Part shown: piece by piece, positions 1 to 10,992 of the stretch
How the letters are laid out: each line of letters opens with the position of its first letter
How positions within the stretch are numbered: the first letter of the stretch is position 1
From: Mobula hypostoma
Lineage: Eukaryota
Direction: 5' to 3'
DNA: 64,000 nucleotides
Assembly: GCF_963921235.1 (NCBI RefSeq)
Contig: NC_086129.1
Span: forward strand, 5,890,001 to 5,954,000
Program-made: the position numbers and the translations under genes
Notes under the pieces: model-generated
What the model saw: the letters and a program-made list of their open reading frames with translations, nothing else
Told to the model about the DNA's origin: nothing
Databases searched by the model: none

Positions 1-289
1 CTTCACCTCATCTAAACCCCTCACTCTAGGGAGACGTTCATCAATATTTGGAAATTAAATCTCCCACAACAATGACCCTGTTATTATTACTCCTTCCCAG
101 AATCTGTCTCCCTATCTGCTCCTCGATGACCCTGGTACCACTGGGTGGTCTATTAAAAACGCCCAGTAAGGTTATTGACCCCTTCCTATTCCTAACTTCC
201 ACCCACAGAGACTCTGTAGACAACCCCTCCATGACTTCCTCCTTTTCTGCAGCCTTGACACCATCTCTGATCAGCACTGCCATGCCCCC
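1..289 (-). mobile_element. CR1-type LINE ORF2 fragment (apurinic endonuclease domain)
   Basis: ORF 41..373 reads EGLSTESLWVEVRNRKGSITLLGVFNRPP...IVVGD, matching the CR1 endonuclease segment at 40465..40932. Confidence 0.8.
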
Positions 290-395
290 AATATTGTTGT
301 ATTTAGCGGTGAAAGGGGTGAGAGTGGACGCAGAGCTGGTGTACAGAGAGTTTACACAATAAAATAAATTCAAAGTGATCTCAATAAGGATTCGT
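290..395 (-). other. Conserved non-coding block homologous to the 3' part of the intron of GPCR genes A and B
   Basis: Reverse complement has ttattttattgtgtaaactc...ccagctctgcg...ccgctaaatacaacaata, collinear with about 19385-19490 (+) and 9075-9180 (-). Confidence 0.65.
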
Positions 396-1481
396 GCACT
401 CTGTACCTGTCAGCCTCTGGAACAGTGTGAGAGTGTGGGGATCATTTGGTACCTGCCAAATCACTCTGTAAAGATTTGCTTCCTGATGTTAGTCTGAAAT
501 CTCCCTTTAATGAGTCTCCACGTGTGGCTCCGTTTCCTTGTTGATGTATAAATTTTGAAGTAGCAGCTGGCATCCACCGTACCTCTACCCTTAATGATTC
601 TGAACACTTCTATCATATCTCTTCCAATTCTCTGTCAAGTTAGGCCAAATACCCTGCTGTCCTGCAATCAGTCTAGTCGCCTTTCTGTAAACTCTTTCCA
701 GTGCCTTCACATCCCTCACAAAATATGGAGATCAAAATTGTACATAATACTTAAGATGTGGCCTCACAAGTGCATTATGAAGCTTATAGACAACACCTCT
801 AGACATGAACTAGTCTGAGCGCATTATATAGTCAAACATTGTGCAATGTTTCAGTGCATTGTCTAGATGTTGATAGTGATGTCTACCAGTAAATCCAAAT
901 CCTTCTCATGCAATGCACTTTTTTACTCAAGTCCCCATTGTACATTTATGTCTAATATTTCTACCTGCCATAATTAATATTTTATATTTACCTACATTGA
1001 ATTTCAGCTGCCGTTTATCTGCCCACATCAGTATTTTGTTTGGATCCGACTGTATGTATTTTGCTGGCTGAAAATTATCAGCCCATCTCTCTAATTCTCC
1101 AATTTTGTATCATCTGCAAACTTAAATAGTTTATTGGTTCTGCGCTTATCCAAATCATTAATGTAAATTAAAACCAGCAACGCCCCCAAAACTGAATCTT
1201 GTGGAATCCCACTTTTAATATTTGCCAGGTGTGAAAATGATCCTCTCACAATCACTCTTTTTTTTTTTTTAGCCAATTCCCCATGCATTCACATAACATA
1301 ATCTTAATCTCTACATCCTGCAATTTGTGAGGCACCTTGTCAAAAACCTTCTGAAAGTCCAAGAAAATGATATAGACCTCTCTACTTTTATTATAAATTT
1401 TAATTGCCTATTCGTAGACATGCAACATATTAGTAAAATGTAATTTACCCTTTCTGAACCCATGCTGCCTTTCTGCTTACA

Positions 1482-2930
1482 AAAGACCATAAGACCATCA
1501 GACATAAGAGCGGAATTCGGGAATTTGGCGCATTGGGTCTGCTCAACTATTTAATCATGGCTGATCACTCTTTCTCCTCCTTAGCCCCATTTATCGGCCT
1601 TCTCCCCATAACCTTTGATGCAATGTCCATTCAAGGACCTATCAATCTCTGCCTCAAGTATACCCATCGACCTGGCCTCCACGGCTGGATGTGGTAAAAC
1701 ATAAATAAATAAATCCACAAACTCACCACCCTCTGGCTAAAGAAATTTCTAAACTTCTCTTTTCTGAATCGACACCCCTCGATCCTGAGGCTATGTCCTC
1801 TTGTCCTAGACTCTCCCACCATGGAAACCATCCTCTCTATATCTATTCTATATAGGCCTTTCAATATTCAAATGGTTTCAACAAGATCCTCCCTCATCCT
1901 TTCGAATTGCAGTGAGTATAGATCCAGAGCCATGCAAAGTTGAGAGGAATAGATAGGGTGGATATCCAGTTCCTGTTTCCCAGGGCACGAATAGCAAACA
2001 CCAGAGGGCATATCTACAAAGTTAAGGAAGGGAAGTTTAGGGGAGACATCAGGGGTAAGTTTTTTACACAGAGAGTTTTGGGTGCATCGAATTACTTGCC
2101 AGGGATGATGGTGGAGGCTAAAACATTAGGAGTATTTAAGAGCCTCTTGGACAGGCACATGGATGAAAGAAAAATAAAGGGTTACGGGGTAGTGTGGGTT
2201 AAGTACATTTTTAAGGAATATATGGGTCGGCACAACATCGAGGGCCAAAGGGCCTGTACTGTGTTGTAGTATTCTAGTATCTAGTGTCTAGTGTCTGATA
2301 GTCTTCGTATAATAACCCTTTCATTCATAGAATATCCTGATGAACCTCCTCCGGACTCTCTCCAATGCCAGGATATCTCTTCTGAGATGAGAAGCACAAA
2401 ACTGTACACAATACTGAAGGTGAGGCCTCACCAGTGCCTTATATAGCCTCAACATCACATCCCTGCTCTTGTATGCTAGACCGCTTTAAAAGAATGCTAA
2501 CATAGCATTTACCTTCCTCACCACCAACTCAACCTGCAAGTTATCCTCCAGGGTGTTCTGCATAAGGACTCCCAGGTTCCTTTGAATCACTGTTCTTTTT
2601 AATTTTCTCTCCGCTTAGAAAATAATCTGCGCATTTATTACTACTAACGAAGTGCATGACCACGCACTTCCAACATTATATTCCATTTGCCACTTTCCTG
2701 CCATTCTCCTAATCTGTCAAAGTCCTTCTGCATCCTACCTGCTTTCTGAACATTGCCTACCCTCCAGCAATCTTCGCATCATCTGCAAACTTGGCAACAT
2801 ATCCATCTATTTCATCATCTGAATTATTTATATAGAGCCTAAAAAGAAGTGGTCCCAACAATGACCTCTGCGGATCACGACTAATCACTGGCAGTCAGCC
2901 CGACAAGGATAATTTTATTCCCACTGTCTG
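1482..2930 (-). mobile_element. CR1 LINE 3' portion inserted into the older LINE
   Basis: GESRTRGHSLRIEG...FFSQRVVSLW (1631..1864); (aagaccat)n tail on the + strand near 1483-1500. Confidence 0.8.
1934..2296 (+). mobile_element. 5'-truncated CR1 3' end nested in the opposite-strand CR1
   Basis: RGIDRVD..LFPR...TRGH..KV...FFTQRVLG (1940..2269), then gggccaaagggcct stem-loop and (tctagtg)-like tail. Confidence 0.85.
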
Positions 2931-4625
2931 CATGCCTGTTCTTATCAGATGCTTCTCCAACTCGTTCTTTATTAATGTTTTCCTTATTTTACCCACAATA
3001 CACGTTAAGCGTATTGGTGAAGAGTTGCAAGGATCAATGCTGTCACTCTTCTTATATACCGGGAACATGTTAGCCCTATTCAAGTCCTTAATTATTTCAC
3101 CAATATTCACAGAATTATGAAAAAATCTTGCTGGGTGTTTGCATTTTTGATCATGGACTTCTCTAAGTACCCTTGGGTATATGCTGCCTGATACTGAGAT
3201 GTATTAACTTTCAGCCTTTTCAGCTGAAGCAGGATCTCACTTTCTTAGTTCTCTGAGTCACTTTAAACAACTTTATTTTATCTCTACATTTACTAGCATA
3301 TTGTTAACATCTTTGGGGGTGAACACTTTAGCAAAATAAGAGTTCAGAATATCTGCTATGTCCTCCTCGGTATAATGTAGCACCCCACTGTTATTCCAAA
3401 TACACTTATCATCCCACTTTACCTCATTAAATCGATGTCATCGTTTCTAAACTGACTCAACATTAAGCAGTTTCTTCCAGTTTGCTTTCTGAGGACTTTG
3501 CTACAACTGCATAACCTTTGCCTTTTGAAATTCAATTTATTTTTTTTTTTGATTTTCAGTGATATTCTCCCCCAGAGTACTTAGAGACTAATAATGCTCT
3601 GATCACTTCCTCCTTAAGGCTAAACAACTTCCTTACTCAAAATTGTCCCTTGGATGTTACAGAACATCTCCGAATGTTACAGAATATCTCGCCTCCTATT
3701 AATGTATTAGCATACTGGGTCAAAAAGTAATCCAGTGTATTGTGGCAGTACAAGTGGAATCAGTAACAAAATGCAAAATAAAGTATAACAGCTGCAGAGA
3801 AATGTAAATCATAAGGGTCCAGATCTTTAGGTGGCAGATTATATCGCCAATATTTCAACATATAGCCTAGTCTCACAGTGTGATAAATGTTGTCATTAAG
3901 CCCGTGGTCTGTGCTTTCAGGGTGATTTCTTAATCAGTCCTCAGTCTTCGCAATTGTTTGCCCTTCAGGGAGATGGGAGCATAGATTTGAATATTTTTCT
4001 GACAGCGGGTGGTGGATACTTGACAAACAAAGGGGGTAAACGTTGACCGTGTGTCTATCGGGATATGGAGTTGGGGTTCTCATGAAATCTTGTCTAATAT
4101 TAAATGGAGGAGTGCACTTACAGAGTAGAGTGGGGACTCCTTCTCCTAATTTTAATGTCGCTGTGTCTGTATGTCCCTGGGTGTAATGACCAGAACTGTA
4201 TGCTTCTATGTTTCCAGCAGAGCCACCTGCTCTGGCGTTCAGTACCCCGACCCACCAAAGGCAAGTCTCTATCTGTCTATTAACTCACCGACCGAACTAA
4301 GCACCTATCTTTGGAGATCTGTCCTCATGCTCTCCAGGGTCCCCTTTCCCCTCTGTGTTTCTTCACACTCCATCATTTCTTGTGTATCCCCTGGCCTCGT
4401 TTAGAATCTCCGCCTGCAGCCCCTCACTTCTGCATGGACGTGAAACCTCCAGATTTAAATGGAAAAGTTTCATATTATTCACCCACCTAAGACCTTCACA
4501 ACTTTTTAAAGTCTCAAACATCACTCGCACATTGCTCTGCTCCAAGGATAGCAAATTCACACAAGAGGATTACTATCACAATGTTCATTCATATTGGGCT
4601 TCCAACCGGTTGCAGGTTTCAATTA

Positions 4626-4670
4626 CAACCAACGTTTCGATGATAAACTCTATCATCTTCGTCAGGGATG
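4626..4670 (-). ncRNA. Minimal type I hammerhead ribozyme motif (Penelope-like element derived)
   Basis: Minus strand caucc-CUGACGA-A-GAUGAUA(gaguu)UAUCAUC-GAAA-CG-UU-gguug: intact core, perfect 7-bp stem II, ACGU palindromic helix III, imperfect stem I. Confidence 0.6.
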
Positions 4671-4896
4671 ATGCCTGATTACATCGAGACTTCGGTTATA
4701 ATCAAAACCCGAGAGGAGTTATTTTGACAGATATGTTGGGAAGCACTAGCTCCTTTTTCATTCATTCATATCTTACCGGTCTAATAGTAAGTCAATATTT
4801 CGTCTGAACGGTCACAGGAAAGGTAAATATATAGTTCAGCCCCTCACTGTGAACTCGGGCTCACTGTTGGAAGGACATAACTGTCATTGATATGGC

Positions 4897-5136
4897 CCAG
4901 AAGGTGGTGAATCTATGGAATTTGTTTCCACGGGCGGTAGTGGAGGCCAAGTCATTAGGTGTATTTAAGGCAGAGATTGATAGGTATCTGCGTATCCAGG
5001 GCATCAAAGGTTATGGTGAGAAGGTGAGGGAGTGGGACTAAATGGAAGAATATATCAGCTCATGATAAAATGGCGGAGTAGACGCGATGGGCCGAATGCC
5101 CGACTTCCGCTCCTTTGTCTTATGGTCTTACAGTCT
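4897..5136 (+). mobile_element. CR1 3' end, same subfamily as the insertion in gene A
   Basis: Near-identical to the reverse complement of about 8330-8575; ends gggccgaatgcc...tgtcttatggtctta. Confidence 0.85.
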
Positions 5137-5484
5137 AATGTGTTTGCTACAGGTGATTCATACTTTTTCCATCCCCGGGTATTTATGTGCTTTCTAATTG
5201 CATGTTTGTAATGAACGTTGTTTGAAAATTCATTCATTGTATTCTTCTTTGATGCAGCTCAGGCAATTTACTTGTGCATTCGCAAACAAAAGACAGTGCA
5301 CACGCATTGAAACCAGACAATTTGTCAGAACTCGTACGATTTTAATACAAACAAAAAAACTAATGTCTACAGTAGTAGCTATACACAATTCAAAATAATA
5401 CCTTTCATCCACTAAACAAGCCGATCTCTGTGAAAGAGTGGAACCACAGATCCGACAATATCACACAGCCTCTTTTCTATCTAT

Positions 5485-6690
5485 CCATCTCTCTCCCTCT
5501 CCCTCTCCTACTCCCCCTCCACCTCCCCCTTCCCATCCCCATGTCCCTCTCTCTCTCTCTCTCTTCGTCCCTCCCTCTCCCTCTCTCTGTCTCTCCCTTT
5601 CCCTCTTTCTCTCTCTGACCCCCCTCTCCCCTATCTCTCCCTCTCTCTCTCCCTCTCTCTCTCCGTCTCCCTCACGGTGTCTTAGTCGCTTCATTATCTC
5701 TCTGTCTCTCCCTTTCCCTCTTTCTCTCTCTGACCCCCCTCTCTCTCCCCTATCTCTCCCTCTCTCTGTCTCTCTCTCTCCGTCTCCCTCACGGTGTCTT
5801 AGTCGCTTCATTATCTCTCTGTCTCTCCCTTTCCCTCTTTCTCTCTCTGACCCCCCTATCTCTCCCTCTCTCTCCCTCTCTCTCTCTCTTCGTCCCTCCC
5901 TCTCCCTCTCTCTGTCTCTCCCTTTCGCTCTTTCTCTCTCTGACCCCCCTCTCTCTCCCTCTCTCTCCCTCTCTCTCTCTCTTCGTCCCTCCCTCTCCCT
6001 CTCTCTGTCTCTCCCTTTCCCTCTTTCTCTCTCTGACCCCCTCTCTCTCCCCTATCTCTCCCTCTCTCTCTCCCTCTCTCTCTCCGTCTCCCTCACGGTG
6101 TCTTAGTCGCTTCATTATCTCTCTGTCTCTCTCATTCCATTTTCTCTCTCTCTCTCTCTCTCTTCGTCCCTCCCTCTCCCTCTCTCTGTCTCTCCCTTTC
6201 CCTCTTTCCCTCTCTGACCCCCCTCTCTCTCCTCTCTCTCTCCCTCTCTCTCTCCGTCTCCCTCACGGTGTCTTAGTCGCTTCATTATCTCTCTGTCTCT
6301 CTCATTCCATTTTCTCTCTCTCTCTCTCTCTCTTCGTCCCTCCCTCTCCCTCTCTCTGTCTCTCCCTTTCCCTCTTTCTCTCTCTGACCCCCCTCTCTCT
6401 CCTCTCTCTCTCCCTCTCTCTCTCCCTCTCTCTCTCCGTCTCCCTCACGGTGTCTTAGTCGCTTCATTATCTCTCTGTCTCTCTCATTCCATTTTCTCTC
6501 TCTCTCTCTCTCTCTTCGTCCCTCCCTCTCCCTCTCTCTGTCTCTCCCTTTCCCTCTTTCCCTCTCTGACCCCCCTCTCTCTCCTCTCTCTCTCCCTCTC
6601 TCTCTCCCTCTCTCTCTCCGTCTCCCTCACGGTGTCTTAGTCGCTTCATTATCTCTCTGTCTCTCTCATTCCATTTTCTCTCTCTCTCCC
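5485..6690. repeat. CT-rich minisatellite/low-complexity array
   Basis: Anchor ctcacggtgtcttagtcgcttcattatc at 5671, 5788, 6092, 6262, 6444 and 6626, embedded in (CT)n. Confidence 0.9.
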
Positions 6691-7577
6691 ACTTGCTCAT
6701 TGCCTCGCGCTCACTCTCGCGGCATCTTCCTCGTGTCCTGTCCTTCGCGCCCTCTCCGTCACGCCAACTCCCTCGTGCTCTCCCCCTCGCGGTGTCTCCT
6801 TCTGTCGCTCTCCCTCCCGCTCCCTCTCCCTCCCGCCCTCTACTTCACGGTGCTCACTCTTGCGTCATCTCCATGGCACCCTCTCCCTCGCGCCCTCTCC
6901 CTCACGTGCTCTCCCGCGCGCCCTTTCCTCGCGATGTCTCATTCGCTCTCTCCTTCGCGCCCTCAGCCCTGGCGCTCGCTTCCTCCATCTCTCTATCTCT
7001 CACACAGCGACAAGTGAGGGTAGCGGAACTTTGTCTTCAATTGTAGAACAGGAGCATTCTCTCACAGGAAGATAGTTCAAGTTGGCAGTGAGAAGCAAAA
7101 CCTACAGGTAGAGAAGGAGGAGAAAAAAAGAGGGTGAAGGAAAGGACGGGTTCTGACTGGAGCGGGAGTGGTTGATAGAGACGAAAATATACCACAAGTT
7201 CAGGCGGTTTTGTCAGAATCTGGAAGCGGGGGAAATAAGTTCGCCTCAAGCTTCAATTTAACAGGGCGGGACGTGAGGCGTAAAGGAGATTTGTCTGGGA
7301 TGGTGAGGCCAGTGATGCCGTCGGGATCAGCTGTAAACAGCTGTTTTGTAACTCTAAGGCAACACACACAAAACGGGAAAAGAGTAAACAGTTAACAGGA
7401 ATCTGATGAAGCGTCTCGGCTCAAAACGTCGGCAGTTTATGTTTTTATTTTTCCCATCAATGCTGCCTGTCCTGCTGAGTTCCACCAGCATTTCGTGTGA
7501 GGGAAAGAGTAAACAGTCGACGTATCGTGGCGAGACCCTTCATCAGGATCTGATTTTGTGTGTGTTGTTTAGTATTT

Positions 7578-9649
7578 CTAACGTTTCATGCGTTTCAGAA
7601 TCCGATTCATTGGGTATTTCACCACATTCTTCAGTTCCTCTCGGAATTTGCTCTGGGTCAGGACGTAAATACACGTGTTGGTGCAGGAACTGAGAACCTG
7701 CAGCATTTCCGCTGCCTGCTGTCTGATGTAACGGGGATCCGTGACAGAATAAACAGAACTCCTTGAAATCCGTCTATAGATAAAAAATGCCACGTATGTT
7801 GCCCACAACACTATGAAACAACCGGTTATGCTGAAGAGCAAAACGATAGATTTGTGTTGGTTCTCCATCTCCCGGTCCCTGTCATTCTCTCCACTCTTTT
7901 GTCCCCGGAGCCCCCTGCGGGCTCGACTGGCCGCTAGAATCCGCCTGACAGTCAGGATATTGAACAGCAACATCAGAAAGAATGGGACACAAGGGGTTAA
8001 AATTAGGTGAAACATCTCAATTGCCGCCCATGAGGGAGAGTTTGTGAAGCTTGGTGTATAAACACAATCCCAGGGAACACCATCAATTATTTCTCCAGGC
8101 CAGTATGCAAAGCCCCAGGGGACAGTCACCAAACCGGCCAGCACACTCACTGTCCCGATAACCACAGCCGCCGTTCTCTCGGTGCAATATCTTGTTTTCA
8201 GCTTCTCACAGCAAATAGCCACAAATCGATCGACGGTGAAAGCGACAGTCAGCCAGACTGAGGCCGCAGTGCTCGCAGAAATCAACCATAGACAGAGTCT
8301 GCACACAGGAGTGATGAACAGGAATGATCATAAGACCATAAGACCATAAGACAAAGGAGCAGAAGTAGGGCATTCGGCCCATCGAGTCTGCTCCGCCATT
8401 TTATCATGAGCTGATCCATTTTATCCTATTTAGTCCCACTGCCCCGCCTTCTCACTATAACCTTTGATGCCCTGGCTGCTCAGATACCTATCGATCTCTG
8501 CCTTAAATACGCCCAATGACTTGGCCTCCACTGCTGCCCGTGGCAACAAATTCCACAGATTAACTACCCTCTGACTAAAAAAAATTCTTCGTATTTCTGT
8601 TCTGAAAGGGCGCCCTTCAATCCTGAAGTCATGCCCTCTCGTACTAGACTCCCCCATCATGGGAAACAACTTTGCCACATCCACTCTGTCCATGCCTTTT
8701 AACATTCGAAATCTTTCTATGAGGTCTCCCCTCATTCTTTTAAACTCCAAGGAATACAGTCCAAGAGCGGACAAACGTTCCTCATATGTTAACCCTCTCA
8801 TTCCCAGAATCATTCTCGTGAATCTTCTCTGTATCGGGGAAAATAAATCATTACAGTCCACCCCAGCAGCGGATCGAAGATAACGGCCAGGAGATCGGCC
8901 ACTGCCATTCCCACCAGGTAGCGAGTGACACATTTGGCGAGACCGCACTTTCCCCGGGACAGGATCACAATCGCCACCAAGTTCGCTGGAATAGAGACAG
9001 GGAACAGCAAGTTGAGAAAATACTGAGCAGAAGCGAATGCGGCAGTTTGAGGGGATCCTGTAATATTTCCACTTTATTGTTGCATTTAGCGCTGGGATGG
9101 TCGAGTGAGGGCGCAGAGCTGGCGGGAATAGAGAAGAAGTTTACACAATAAAAGTCAATATGATCTGAATACTGATTCCTTACTGATGAGCGAAATGTGA
9201 CGTGGCAACGGAAAGATAAAACTGGGTAACTACCTCCTCAGAATTAATACTAGATGGGTGGTCTGGATGAAATGAATACATCCGGATGCTAATGGCTGGA
9301 TTCCTCCAGTAGACAAGACCAAAAGCAGAGAGCCGAAAAATTCATTATTAATTACAAAACGCCGGAAGAACGCTGCCTGACCCGCTCAGTCCCGCAGAAA
9401 GTGGCCAAATTGTTTTTAGATCTAAATCCCATCATCTACAGTCCCGGTGTTTCCTCTCCATTCCTGAAATGCGGAATACTGGAACTGGAATGAGAGAGTT
9501 AAAACCAGCGGAAGAATCAAACACAACATCGGAATTAAACTTCAACCTCCACCCACGGCAGCTGATACTGCGGCTTACCGGGAATTAAAAAACACAGAAA
9601 TAAAAGGATAGTAAACTTCTCGAATCCGCCAGATGACTGGATACACCAT
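7578..9649 (-). pseudogene. GPR139-like orphan GPCR, gene A (disabled). Exon 1 9649-9579; exon 2 8985-7578, interrupted by CR1
   Basis: Exon 1 MVYPVIWRIREVYYPFISVF... with a gtaagc donor is 71 nt versus 70 in gene B (extra T in a T6 run). Acceptor tccag|CG AAC. Exon 2 has 7TM sequence with DRF and NTCIY. A 503-bp CR1 sits at 8330-8832. Removing both lesions gives a 323-aa ORF. Confidence 0.9.
8330..8832 (-). mobile_element. 5'-truncated CR1 LINE inserted in exon 2 of gene A
   Basis: QRRFTRMILGMRGLTYEERLSALGLYSLE...FFSQRVVNLWN; (tcttatgg)n tail; flanked by GAT repeats (atc at 8327-8329 and 8833-8835). Confidence 0.92.
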
Positions 9650-9699
9650 TTCAGTGAAAATCTGTGATTTCTAATGCTCCTGCATTCACAGCTCCGGCA

Positions 9700-9790
9700 G
9701 ACAGCTGATGCATTCCAAGCGGCCCTGAGTTATACAGAGGATCTGTCTCCAGAGATACGGTTATACACCTCACTAACTTTCTTCGTTACA
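9700..9790 (-). promoter_or_regulatory. Core promoter of gene A with an altered TATA box (TATAAC, 9734-9729)
   Basis: Near-identical to the gene B promoter, which has TATAAAT at the same position. Confidence 0.55.
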
Positions 9791-10057
9791 GTTGCTTGAA
9801 CAAACACTTTAATTCAATACCATTGTCTCGATTGTGAATACTGGGGCGATCGGAGAGAAATACAACAAAATTCTTTGTCATTACCTCAGCAGCGACTCTG
9901 GTGCAAATAGACCAGTAGATTTACTTTCAAAGACTGAGTTTCGTCACGAAGCAGCTACACTTACAGATTTCATCTTTTTGTTGGCGAATTATTCATCTCT
10001 GAACGGAAACCAGCAACAGTGAACGGTCCCTACCATTTTGAACTGTCCTTCAGTCCT

Positions 10058-10206
10058 NNNNNNNNNNNNNNNNNNNNNNNNNNNNNNNNNNNNNNNNNNN
10101 NNNNNNNNNNNNNNNNNNNNNNNNNNNNNNNNNNNNNNNNNNNNNNNNNNNNNNNNNNNNNNNNNNNNNNNNNNNNNNNNNNNNNNNNNNNNNNNNNNNN
10201 NNNNNN
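10058..10206. other. Assembly gap (N run)
   Basis: Run of N; the paralogous arm has a (GT)n microsatellite at the equivalent position (17666-17718). Confidence 0.99.
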
Positions 10207-10992
10207 TTCTATGTTATAGTGACTGTCCTGTTGTGCATACTATTTGTTATTAGTTACTATAAATTGCATATTGCATATTTAGACAGAGACACAACGTAAA
10301 GATGTGTACTTCTCATGTATATGAACGATGTAAGTAATGAAGTCAATACAGTTCCAAATACGCAAACACTGTCAAGTCAAACTAGGGTTTCCAGAAAGTA
10401 TCGGGACCGAGAGGCAAAAGAAAATAAAATTTTAAAGTGATACAAGAATCCACTGGTAGACGGGGGAGCCGGCAGCATCACAGTGTCAGTCCAGGAGCGG
10501 CGCTGGAATCTGCGGGAACGTTAAATAACTTCAGAGACTGTTTGATGAAAAAGCGCTCTGCTGTCTCTGTGTTTTACATTAGCGTGAGCCTCACGTCACG
10601 GGGATCATCGCGCGCGGGCGCTTCTGGGAAATGGCGCGAGGTGGAAGAGCTCGGGAACATTCGGGAGGGGTCGCATATAAAAAAATAAAAGCAGGAAAAA
10701 GCAAAAGTTGTTTTGTCATTGAGTGGAATCTAGTTAAGAGCCTTCGGGTAGACGCATTCAATCCCTTTCAAGTGGGGAAGCTGCACATGTTCAAAGAACA
10801 AAAGAAATACGACTTGACACTGAAAAAAAACTGGTTGATAGTGAAAAACTGGTTGACCGGGAAACTGGAGGACCAGGAAACAAAATTCTGGGAGCTTTGA
10901 GCTGGAACAGCAGGAGCAATAACTTGGAATCCTGAAAAAGGAAGAAAATCAAGATGAGATAAAACGACATCAAAGCATCATTACAAAGTTGT

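Larger units (their letters stand above)
430..3760 (-). mobile_element. Old degenerate CR1-like LINE ORF2, split by nested insertions (host parts about 430-1481 and 2931-3760)
   Basis: SGIPQDSVLGALLVLIYINDLD...FKFADDTKL (1091..1288); NMFPVYKK...PIRLTCIVGKI...KHLIRTGM (2895..3110) continues as ERQHGFRKGK across the insertion at about 1480. Confidence 0.65.
5135..10369 (-). repeat. Left arm of an inverted segmental duplication containing GPCR gene A
   Basis: Reverse complement is collinear with 17489-22093 through 5' flank, promoter, both exons, intron and 3' flank. Confidence 0.9.

Noticed and set aside
4283-4330. Minus-strand ATG and G|gtgagt donor as exon 1 of the inferred fourth receptor
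   Set aside because: The frame contains a TAG and lacks the YY...G.P pattern of the other first exons
5430-7075. Long S/L/P-rich and R/E/G-rich ORFs, also at 20982-21768
   Set aside because: Translation artefacts of CT/GA low-complexity repeats
8430-8948. 172-aa GPCR-LINE fusion ORF
   Set aside because: It starts out of frame in gene A exon 2 and runs into the inserted CR1; nothing indicates it is translated
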